In this document: in pieces, positions 36,982-47,643 of the stretch
Layout of the letters: each line of letters opens with the position of its first letter
How positions within the stretch are numbered: position 1 is the first letter of the stretch
Origin: Hamiltosporidium tvaerminnensis FI-OER-3-3
Taxonomy: Eukaryota; Fungi; Microsporidia
Direction: 5' to 3'
NCBI GenBank assembly: GCA_022605425.2
Contig: CM061247.1
Coordinates: 1,775,610 to 1,839,609 of the forward strand
Length of the DNA: 64,000 nucleotides
Made by a program: the position numbers and the translations under genes
Notes under the pieces: generated by a model
Database searches by the model: none
Told to the model about the DNA's origin: nothing
Seen by the model: only the letters and a program-made list of their open reading frames with translations

Positions 36982-37450
36982 TTCTATCTAAATAGGTGGT
37001 GTTGTCAAAGTATTTGGCTCATTGCCTTAAAGTTCTTGTAAATACAATTGATGTTGCAGTTAAGATTATCTAAAAGCATTACAAAGTGATTAAAATCATT
37101 CATTTCGAATTCTTTGATTTGTAAACAAGATTGATTCTGATGTAGGGCATCTATATTGAAGCAAGTGTAGAATTACGTAAATAAATTTGCATAAGTCTTT
37201 CTATGATCCAGCAATTAGGATATATACAGATGCAGCAAATATAGCTGCAAATATTACAGAGAATTGATATCTGTGAACGGTGGCATTTGTTATATTTGGC
37301 TTCCACTTCATTACAGTCATAGCTCTTGTAGTTTTAAAGATGAAGAACTTTTCCTATAGTGCATCCGATATTTCAAACATATTCTTGAAGCTAATCCGTA
37401 GAAGATGCTAAAAAATGAAAAATCTTCGCCTTGTTATACTTTAAATTTTT
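36982..37450 (-). repeat. Block Y, copy 2
   Basis: TTCTATCTAAATAGG, GCTCATTGCCTTA, ATTGATGTTG, CATAAGTC, AGCTGC and AGAAGATGC are colinear with 20003-20480. Confidence 0.7.
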
Positions 37451-38601
37451 TTACAATCAATGTCACTTAGAATCAAATTTCATTTAATTCGTTCAGTAGC
37501 TTGATAGATATTCTTCCAAAGCAATCTATCTAATTACAATATAAATTAACTCAAGCCACAATGATTAATTATAAAATCCACTGTTTACCCTTCTAAACCA
37601 TTTTAAAGTATAACAATACTTATTTAAATAATGTTCTTGGCTTCTTTTAAATCATACTAAGATATTTTTATTAGTATATCCCTACATATATAATTTTCTT
37701 CATATTCTATTTCATATCTGAATTTATTTATAACTTGCATAAATTTAAATAAAAAAAAAGAAATTATAAAACTAGCTGTAAAATGAATTAATATTAAACC
37801 ATGTCTTTTAAAAAAAATTTATTGTTTAATACGTATAGAGATATAGTTAAAATAATTGCTACATGGAATCTTATATATTATTATTTACTAATTTAAAAAA
37901 AATTAAAATCTTTATTTGCTAAGGTGTATATCATTTAACTAAAGTTTTATTTTTAACAAAAGTACTAAAACCAGCAAAGCTTTGTATAAGCGAATATACA
38001 TTCAGTAAAATTATATTTTTTTATTCTTTATTGTAACATTGTCATTATGAGAAAAGGCACATTAGTTTTTAGATACCTTTCAATTAAAATTAATATGTAT
38101 TCTATTTTAACAAAAAGAAGTATATAGACTTATGAGTTTGGAATTTTTTTAACGCAAAAAGTACTAAAAAAATATACATTAAAAAATATTTCTTCAAAAC
38201 AGCATTACCTTTTAATTTTTACAAAATGTAAAATATGTTTAATCTTCTAACACAAACCAAACAATAATATAAGATAATATATAGTACAAAATTTGTATTG
38301 AGTCCAAACGGCTTACTTAAGTTTTAATAGCTCAAAACATTGATTTAGGATTTTGTAATAGGAAGAACACATTTTATCAAGAAGAAAACAATTCAATCAT
38401 AGAGCATACACTTCACTCATATATCATGAAGGAAAAATGAATTATCTTAACGTTTAAAAGAAATAGTCGATTAAATATACAAAAGTAAAGTTTTGTGGTG
38501 TAGAGTAATTAAAATCTATTAATTTTTAAAATCATAACTTATAAACTCCATTATATTAATTTATCTTTTTCTTTATTATATACAACTTTACCTCGAATCT
38601 T

Positions 38602-39040
38602 TTCAAATAGGCAAATGCGTCCCATAATTGAGCTCTTTGCCTTCGCGTTATTGTAATTCCAGTTAATGATATTGTGTATTTATGTACCAATATATTATGA
38701 GTGAATTCATTAAATTATTTAGTTAATTTTGACCTTAAACAAGATCAGATGAGTTCTTTGAGATTACCCTTTAAACAATGGTAACATATGTAAATAACCT
38801 TAGATATGCCATTCCATAATCCGAATCAGCTTGGATAGTTTGAAATATTATATTAAAGGTGCTAATATTCTAGTAAAAATATTTTAGTTGGTTGTAGCTA
38901 AGTTCTATTGCTTCTAAATTAGTTTTAATCTTGATTCATATAAGGAAGAATCGAAAGTTTCAAAATTAAAAAGTACTAATTTACTTGTAAAAGATGCCAC
39001 AACATTTAGAACTGAAGCTCATTTATAGTTTTAGTGATTT
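38602..39040 (-). repeat. Block Y, copy 3
   Basis: AAATAGGCAA...GTCCC...GAGCTC.TTGCCTT, ATTGCTTCTA.ATTAGT and AAGATGCCACAA are colinear with 20003-20480. Confidence 0.65.
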
Positions 39041-39644
39041 TTAATACCCAAGTATCTTTATTTTTACGTTTTAATTGGAAAAATAATACTTTCGATATAA
39101 TTAGCTATAAATCGACAAACAAGATCATCGAAATTTTATTTGTTAAATTATAATACACGACTTATTGAGTAAAAAAAATATGTTTTTTCAATCTTTTCAT
39201 TTAATGTCCTCTTATAAATATATCTAGATATAAAAATGTTATCAATATCTTATGATTTCATTAATATAAGTATTTCTTTATTATGTAAAGAGTTGTTCGT
39301 AGCTGTAAAGCTATAAAAAATATATATTAAAAAAATGTGGTGTAAAATTAAGTTTATACTAAACTATATATTGATCATTCAATCTATCTTTTACAAAATA
39401 AAATATTATCAAAATTATTTTTTAGTTGAATTGTTTTTTTGAGTGAATCCGTATTGCTACAGTGAAAGTTAAAGATCAAAAAAACCCAAATAGCAGATAT
39501 CCTAAGCATTTAAAACATAGTTATAGAAATCGCCTTTAAACTAGGTAGATAATTCAAAAGCATTCAAATGTACGAATAGTTAATGTAAAATCATTCATTA
39601 TAATGTGGTTTTAGTATAAAAGTAATATAAATAAAATAAAGTTA

Positions 39645-40395
39645 ATAGTTCAAGACATTTTAGTATTCTATCCTATTTAGTTAAAGTTAATTCTTTAGTA
39701 CTTTGCAGTAAGATAGTATATAAGTCTAATAAAAAGAGTTTACAAATTATAAAAAAATTTAATACATTTATGAATATAACAATTTAAGTTGGTTTACTCT
39801 GGCTATATATTATAAAACGAAATATTTATTTATATGATATATTGAGATGAATGAAATATTAAGATCTACTGCCCATAGATTGTATTACACATAATAAATT
39901 AATCTCTTTATAAATCTATAAAATTCAATCCATTTCACAAAAGGTAATAATATTAATTTTCTCATTAATTCGATTAAAAGTTTTATACATGATATTAAAA
40001 TATCTTTCACATATACATCTTTCTTTCAAATAGATTTATATTTTTTTTAAGAAACCTAAACAATACATTTGTAATAGATACCTGGCATTTCAATCAATTT
40101 TATAAAAGGTAAATGATATGAGGTTATATGAAAACGAAAGTTATCTATAAATCCCATATATGATATATGTTTCTAACAATATACTGAGAGCTTTTCCAAA
40201 CGATTTCATAAAATTTAATAAGGCCATAATAAAGTTAAACACAGCGTATTATGACCAAGATAAAATAGTCTTATTTTGAGATATTGAGTAAAGGTTTTAA
40301 TAGTCCAACTATATCCAATAAGGATAAAAAAACATCCAATACCTTACACTTAAAAACTTCCAATTATGGTAAATTTTATAAGCTTATTAGGGTTA
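39645..40395 (+). repeat. Segmental duplication (block X), paralog of 32470-33230
   Basis: Same colinear anchors as listed for 32470-33230. Confidence 0.85.
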
Positions 40396-43300
40396 AGACT
40401 TATAAATCATATAAAAAGAGAAAAAACTTAAGTATATATTCAAATGTAACATATTGATGTTATTAAACTCAATTTTTAGCTAAATGAAGATAAAATTGAC
40501 ATTAAATTTATAAAAATTCCATAAAAATATAATAACATAATACATTATTAAAGAAAAAATAGTACTTTTTGAAAAAATTCAACATTATAAGAGCTAGAAT
40601 AGTTTATTTGTAGAAAAACGCTTACATAAGGGAGCATTTAACTTAGAAAATGAATAACAAAAGAATGATCTAAAAAAATGTAACCACATTTAAAAAGTCG
40701 ATTAAGGTTAAGCAAAATGAATTTAAGTAAAACAAGTATATACAACAAGAAATTTTTAATGTAGTAAAAAGAAGAAAAATAATTACAAAAACATAAAATA
40801 TTTCAGTTAAAAAAACTTAAAAAGGAAACGAAGCTAAATAAAATTTAAAAAATAAACAAGTATTAAAATTTAAAGAAAAAATAGCTGATTTAATTTTTAG
40901 AAACCATATTTGATAATTAAAAGATTTCTGGTCCTTTTTCTGGTTATTTTTCATGTATATAATCTTATTTGTTTTTATATTTGCTTTTCATATTTTAGAA
41001 TCTTCAATACGACTATAAGTACCTATATCGACTAAATTCGATAATTTTGGAGTACAGAAATTTACAAAAAGCACCTAGAAATTTTATTATACATACAATA
41101 TCTAATTATTAAACAATTATTCATTATATTAAAAGTAATTTTCGGTATTAAAACATATATCTTGTAAAATATTTTCAAAAATTTTGGAATAACCTACACA
41201 CTATATACGAGATAGGTTGATCGAAATGAAAAAAAAAATATTTATGAAATAATGTTCTTAAAAACGGGAAAATTTTATTAACAACCTCAATATTGTTTCC
41301 TTATTAGCTAATTTCTTGTATTTTTGCTGTTTTTTGACTATTTAAAAATTTTATTTTGTCATCGATATTTTTCGATAATTCTCGATTTGTTTCATTACAT
41401 GTACAAATATATCACGAAAAAAATCAAAAAAAAAATTGTAATGAAGATTGCATACCCAAATTTTATATAAAATAAACAGTCATATTTTATAAGCATATTA
41501 GTAGAATTTGTATCAATTTCTGAGCATTAAATAGTATTTCTTTCTTACACAGTATTTTAAAAATTTGAAAATCTTCAATTCTGATACATGTAACTCTATT
41601 AAACAAAATAGAAAAAATCAAGCAATAAAAAAAGCTAAGAAAAAGACTAAATTTATTCTTAACTATAAATAAATTTTTTTTACTAAACATCTGATGTATC
41701 TATACCAATTTTTATTCCAAGAAACATCTATTTTTTTAATTATATTTTTTTCCATTTTTCATATCATTCTAACGACTATACATAAAACAAATCGAATAAA
41801 TCAATTCATTCGAATTTAATAGAAAGATATACTATAAATTATAATTAAAGAAAAATATTCTGTTACACTATACAGAATTTGATAGTTGCGATATTTTCGT
41901 AATATAATTCTTAAATTTTTTTTAAGAAGATTTTCACCTTTTTTTAAATTTCTTCATTCACAATATACTATGTAGTTTGACAAATTCGAAAAAATTAATT
42001 TAGAAATTTACTTTCAGAACATCAGAGCTTATTCAGAAGCAACCTTTTAGAGTATTGTAAGACTCCTCTATAGATTAATTAAAATTTGTGCATTGAATAT
42101 ATATTTTTTCGTTGATGTTTTTTCAATTTTCAAACGCGACATATTTATAGGTATATATGCCTAAAAAATTCAAAAAAATTGAAAATTGAAACAAACACAC
42201 AAAATGACTTAATATTATCATAAAGCATAATCTAAGTATATAGACGACTTTTTTTATACTATTTAGAGCGTTATAATTATTTTAAGGTTTATTTGGGCAA
42301 CTTGAATTTTTCATAATTCTTAAATTTCTTCATACACATATAAAAGATATACTAAGCCAAATTGCAAAAATAAGTAATAAAAATTTATAAGAAAAACTGC
42401 TATATTTTATAGTAAACATAAAAAAAAAATTATTAAAATCACACTTGATGTATTTTTATAGATTCCTATGCATTGAAGCGTTTATTTTTTAAGAACAGCT
42501 TTTTTATATTTTTTAAATCGTATATACGACTGTAAGAAAACTGATTAAGTAAATCAAAAAAATTAATAAATTGACCAAATTTTTTATTATCTCATTCGGA
42601 ACTTTATAAATCTATATGGAATGTTTTTACATTCTTTAGATAATAAATCATATATTTTTTTTTTAGTTTATTTTTAGAATCTTGCAATGGTTTATACAAC
42701 TATATTGAAACTAATCTAACAAAATTAAAAAATATAAAAAATATAGGTAAATCAAATACAAATTTAAGAATAAATATATTAGGTTAAGAATCTACCCGGT
42801 AGTATTTCGAATAATTCTTATTTAAATAAACATAATTTTTTTTATATTTTGAATTTGTGATAACTTTCGAATAATTGAATATAGTATATATAAATATAAC
42901 AAATGACTTTAAAAATTTAGTAAAAAAAATTGCTTAGAATCTCAGAAAATTTAACATAAACATAACATTAATGATATCCTAAGAACATTTATTATATGTG
43001 TTCTTTGAGATTATAACTAATGTTTTTTTCTGAATTTTTTTTTCTAATTTAAAATCGTTTCCTACAGTATATAGAAAATATTATAGAAAAAAAATATGAA
43101 AATTTGGAAAATGGAATTACTCAGAAACATTCCTAAATCTTTCGTAAAATTTAATTATATTGGATTATTATAAGAAGTTTTGTATAATTTTCAGAGAATT
43201 TTAATCATTCGAGATTTTCTTTTTTTTACTGATATTTTCATCATCTCGAATCGTCAATACGACTATATACAAATTATATTGAAAAAAATTACTAAAAATT

Positions 43301-43835
43301 AGTTAAAAAAACTTACATTAAAAACAAATAATTTCATATTAAACGATCTTTTTAAATTATTTTAAGAACTTTTAAGCCATTTTGGGTGATTATTAACCAT
43401 TTAATATTATATATTTCATTTATTTTTTTATTAATTTTCCGAGTGTTTAATACTGCTATAGAAAAAAAACGAAAAATTTTAAAAAAAATTAGGTAATAAA
43501 AATCCGTGTAATCATGAATAAATTGATTATAAACAATCTTATTTCATTATTAATAACAGATTCGAAGTATTTTAATAAATTCTTAAGTAATTAATCGAAT
43601 GTATTTTTTAAAATTTTTTTATTGCTTCATAACTGTATACAGCAAATATATCGAATAAAATCGTAAAAAATTAGGTAATAAAAACTTGATAAAACATAGC
43701 TATATTTAATTATAAAAAAGGCATGAAATATTGTTAAAAACCTATCTGATGTATTTATAACAATTTTAAAGCATTAGATCTTATATCTTTCGAGTCCAAG
43801 TTCTTCAAGATTTCTAAAGTGTTTCATATACTATA

Positions 43836-46800
43836 ATTTATTTAATAAAATTCTGGGTTAAAATATTTTTAACATTTTTATATGTTTTCTTCTACCTCTT
43901 TAACCACTATTGTTTCTTCTTCCAAATCCGACTCTTCATTTATGTTATTGGTCGGTTCCTCCAGAGTGGTTCCTCCTTGTGAAATAAGGGGTGTATTATT
44001 TTTTGGTTTTAAAATTTTAACACCATCTTCCTCTCTTTTCGCTTCTTTTAAAGGGGGTATTGGTTCCTCATGCATCTCTGATCTCATAATAACACCCATT
44101 GACGCTCTCTCCCAGCTCTCTTCGGCATTTAGTCCTGACTCAAGTCCTCTTCGTCGATCAAAGGAAATTGTTTCGACTGTTTTCTTAAGTACTATAGACT
44201 GAATGTATGCCTCTACATTCATGGGTATTTCTAGTCTTTTAAGATGAGATTTATGGTATTTTGTCACAATACCGTCCCAGGTCATCACATAAGGGATTAT
44301 CTCAACACTACACTTATAAATAAGACCCAACTCATTGGCTAGCAGGTCATACTTCCTAAGTTTTTCAGTTTCAACTATTTGAAGTGAATCTTGGGAAGTG
44401 ATTCCTACTTCAATGAGTGTTATCTTATTCTTCTTCTTATCTAAAATAAATATGTCCGGTCTGTTATTCCGAATTTTAACATCAGTTTTAATTCTGGTGT
44501 CCACTCTTATCTCTGCATACTCATTATCAAGAATTTCTTGAACTGAGTGGCTCCTTATTCGTTTTGAAGACTTAAACTTATATCTATTTAGAAGAAGAAG
44601 GTGTAGGCATCTGACCACTTCATTATGCCGTCTAGTGTAATCATGGCCTAGCATTTTTTCGCATCTAGTTGCTAGATGATCCACAGTCTTACCAGACTTC
44701 CCGCAATGTTGACACACACCATCTGCTCCCCAGAATACATTTCTATCCTGGATATAGCAGAACACAGCTTCATTTCGTGGCCTAATATTTCCTCTCTTTA
44801 GCCACCTTGAAGAGTCACTAACACTCACAAGCTCATTTTTTCTTGCATTATATAACTTTGAATGGAGTTTTCGTTTTTCTATTTCGTTATATAGTTTTGC
44901 AAGTTGAGCTTCTTCTAAACTTTTCTTAGTGACTTCTTCTACCAACCTGTACTTTACTTTTAAGAAGCCTTTTATTAGTGCAAGATGGGTTTTATTATTA
45001 TTCTCCACCTTGAGGATTGCTGCTCGTCTAGTTGATATTTCTTTACTTTTTTCCAGACAATCCAAGAGTTGCAGAAGCATATGTTCGCTTCTCAACTCAA
45101 CACTATGTAGGCCTCTTCCAAGTTCTGTTCTAGGAAGATACAACCGCTCTTTACATCCTGGGCGGAGATGTATCTTATTTTTAACCAACACCGCACGCAC
45201 TGCATCATCTAACTTAGAGAAGTCAGCCGGTTCAAGTCGAAGTACTCCTATGTGGTAGTTGATTAACGATATCGCATGTTGATTGATTGCAGAAAATAAA
45301 TTTTTTGCATTTAATCTAGTGTGACAAAGTCTTTCAACTCTTGATATAAGTTTGCTCTGTACTTCTTCAAATGAGCTACGTGTTGGGATTCCTCTGCTGT
45401 CTTCTATTATTCCTAAATATTTGTAAACACTAACACCTTCTAGAAGAGTAGCAGTATCTTCACAACACGTATCATTTGTGGCTGACTTCTCTTTGTTAAT
45501 CTCTAAGCCAATCACCTCTAAAAATTCCTTTGCCTCGCCTGTCATAGCACTCAATGTGGAGCTGTCTTTTGCAAGGAGCTTAAGATCATCAATAAACAAG
45601 AGATGATTAGTAGAATGGGATTCTGCATCTGTTTGTACTGTCACTTTTGTGTATTTTTCATTAAGCTTTCGGCTTAATGGATCCATACACAACACAAATA
45701 ACAAAGGTGACAGACTATCTCCTTGTAGAATCCCTCTATCAATCTTCTTGCTCATGATTTTTTCAGGCCCTACTGATATATCAATTTTCCATTTTGATAT
45801 AATTACCTTAATAAATTTCAGGATCCAATCAGGTAAATTAAGGTTTTCAATGCATTGAGTTAAATAAGCATGATCTATTGAATCATAAGCTTTTTTAACA
45901 TCAATCCATGTTGCCTTAAGATTATTTCCATACTCTTTATTTAAGGCAATATTCAGTAGAGCCTGCTCTTTCGCTCCCTGCACACCTCTTACCGCCCCTA
46001 ATTGGTTCTCTGCAAGCAACCCTCGCCTTTCCACTTCAAGTTGAACGACCTTTGTTACACACTTTGTCGTTAACTTGTAGAGGTTGGACATACAAGTGAT
46101 TGGCCTGTAGTCAGAGCCTCTTCGTGGAATTCCTTTCGGTATCAAATACGTAAGCCCGCAGTAAAACCAATCAGCTTGAGGTGTTCCTTCTAAACATATA
46201 ACTTTCACAATATCATAAAGATATTTGTGAAGAGTTGTAAGTTTCTTAATGAAAAAATTGTAAATACCATCAATTCCAGCAGCTTTCCAATTGGGAAGCC
46301 AATTAATGATATTTACAAATTCATCAAGTGAAGGAAACGTGGTCGGATGATTATCTGATACAAATGGAATCAAATAATCATCGTACGTGACTGTGTCATC
46401 ATTTTTGTTCCACATTGTAGACCAAAAACTCACAATTTCATCACGGCTAACCACATGCTCAATTTCTACACGCTCAGATAACCCACGATAAAATCGACCT
46501 CGGAAAAGCTCAAACATACGATTCTCTTTTCGGAATTGCTTCCTACTTTCATGCATCGTAATTTTTTTCTCGTAAACATTCAAAGACTCATTCTTCTTAA
46601 CTAAAGCCTCAGAAAGATCAGTTACGCTGCTCAAGTTTAAATTAAACTCTCGCATGATTTTCTTAAGGCTCTTCGTTTCCGAAGTGGAGAGCTTTTCCTG
46701 CTTACGCGCCTTCTCGAGAAGATCTTTGGAAAGTACTAACTTAGAAATTTTACTTTCTATGTTTTCCTTCCAAGCGGATCTAGGCTTTTCTTTGCGTGTT

Positions 46801-47643
46801 GCCTCGTCATAGCATACCTGCGCAGCTTGCATGATATACGCGGCTTCCGTAATTGACTCAGGTACATGAGCTCCTGCATATTCACCGACTACTCGATTAA
46901 TGAGATCCAGAACTTTACTATCAACCAATTCATTTGGATGTTTTCTAGTTCGGACCACCACTTTTCCAATTTCGTTCTCAGAGATTTCTTTGATTTTACT
47001 CAAGAATTTATCTCTCAGGTTTATGTACTCCGTGGTGTCGGTCAAGGTGCATGTATCAGCGAGACAAGTGGCGATTCTACGTCGCTCTCCATTCTCTTCT
47101 GATTTTACATCCTTTCCCATCTCACTTTGTGCCAATTTTTTTAACACTTCGAGAGTTTCAGTGCAGCCGAATTTCTCATTATAGTACCTGTGAAGCTCTG
47201 TCCAGCCATTTCTTGGCATTCTTTCAAACCTTGTCTGTACTGCAAAAAAAACAATTCGAGGCCATTCCTTCGGGTCGGCTGTTACGGAATCGAATATCGT
47301 CCGCAATGCCATTAGCCTGTTACCTTCTGGAATAGCTAGAGTACAGGGGCTTGTCATGTCGTACGATGGCTCGCACGCAGAGACTTCAACCGAAGAGGGA
47401 ACTGGTGCATTAGGCGAAGGTAAGGTGTCAAGCCCACTATTTTGCATTTTACTGCATGTTTGGCTTGGTGGTGGAGGTGTTATTGTTGTGTAGGAGGAGG
47501 AAGGTAGGGGAATCGCCGGTGGGTGTAGCTTACATTTTTGTATCTCACTATCACTCTTTTTCACCTCATCAGCGTCGTTTGCAGCCTTTATTTTGGTATT
47601 ATTCGATATTTCGCTGCTAACATTTTTCTTTCTACCCATATAA
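43836..47643 (-). mobile_element. Full-length R4/Dong-type RLE non-LTR retrotransposon, copy A, 14 bp TSD
   Basis: TSD TTTCATATACTATA at 43822-43835 and 47644-47657. Single intact ORF, 4 nt leader and 42 nt 3' UTR. Confidence 0.95.
43878..47639 (-). CDS. RT + CCHC knuckle + restriction-like endonuclease polyprotein (1253 aa)
   Basis: NWKAAGIDGI, YRPITC, WIDVKKAYDSI, RGILQGDSLSPLLF, HLLFIDDLKL, YKYLGI, ERLYLPRTELGRGL, CQHC..HLATRC, RRHN, RPDI, IEVG and EKLRKY. This motif set is typical of the R4/Dong clade. Confidence 0.96.
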   Translation of the reverse strand: MGRKKNVSSEISNNTKIKAANDADEVKKSDSEIQKCKLHPPAIPLPSSSYTTITPPPPSQTCSKMQNSGLDTLPSPNAPVPSSVEVSACEPSYDMTSPCTLAIPEGNRLMALRTIFDSVTADPKEWPRIVFFAVQTRFERMPRNGWTELHRYYNEKFGCTETLEVLKKLAQSEMGKDVKSEENGERRRIATCLADTCTLTDTTEYINLRDKFLSKIKEISENEIGKVVVRTRKHPNELVDSKVLDLINRVVGEYAGAHVPESITEAAYIMQAAQVCYDEATRKEKPRSAWKENIESKISKLVLSKDLLEKARKQEKLSTSETKSLKKIMREFNLNLSSVTDLSEALVKKNESLNVYEKKITMHESRKQFRKENRMFELFRGRFYRGLSERVEIEHVVSRDEIVSFWSTMWNKNDDTVTYDDYLIPFVSDNHPTTFPSLDEFVNIINWLPNWKAAGIDGIYNFFIKKLTTLHKYLYDIVKVICLEGTPQADWFYCGLTYLIPKGIPRRGSDYRPITCMSNLYKLTTKCVTKVVQLEVERRGLLAENQLGAVRGVQGAKEQALLNIALNKEYGNNLKATWIDVKKAYDSIDHAYLTQCIENLNLPDWILKFIKVIISKWKIDISVGPEKIMSKKIDRGILQGDSLSPLLFVLCMDPLSRKLNEKYTKVTVQTDAESHSTNHLLFIDDLKLLAKDSSTLSAMTGEAKEFLEVIGLEINKEKSATNDTCCEDTATLLEGVSVYKYLGIIEDSRGIPTRSSFEEVQSKLISRVERLCHTRLNAKNLFSAINQHAISLINYHIGVLRLEPADFSKLDDAVRAVLVKNKIHLRPGCKERLYLPRTELGRGLHSVELRSEHMLLQLLDCLEKSKEISTRRAAILKVENNNKTHLALIKGFLKVKYRLVEEVTKKSLEEAQLAKLYNEIEKRKLHSKLYNARKNELVSVSDSSRWLKRGNIRPRNEAVFCYIQDRNVFWGADGVCQHCGKSGKTVDHLATRCEKMLGHDYTRRHNEVVRCLHLLLLNRYKFKSSKRIRSHSVQEILDNEYAEIRVDTRIKTDVKIRNNRPDIFILDKKKNKITLIEVGITSQDSLQIVETEKLRKYDLLANELGLIYKCSVEIIPYVMTWDGIVTKYHKSHLKRLEIPMNVEAYIQSIVLKKTVETISFDRRRGLESGLNAEESWERASMGVIMRSEMHEEPIPPLKEAKREEDGVKILKPKNNTPLISQGGTTLEEPTNNINEESDLEEETIVVKEVEENI

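Noticed and set aside
43882-47335. Plus-strand ORFs inside the retroelements (also 8059-8816, 9153-9374, 25788-26601, 57786-61239)
   Set aside because: Antisense shadow frames of the RT ORFs, Ser/Leu/Phe-rich with no recognisable domain.
47555-47580. Hammerhead core in the R4 5' region (CTGATGAGGTGAAA on the minus strand)
   Set aside because: Only 3 nt lie between CTGATGA and GAAA, so there is no stem II. It is explained by the codons for ADEVK.
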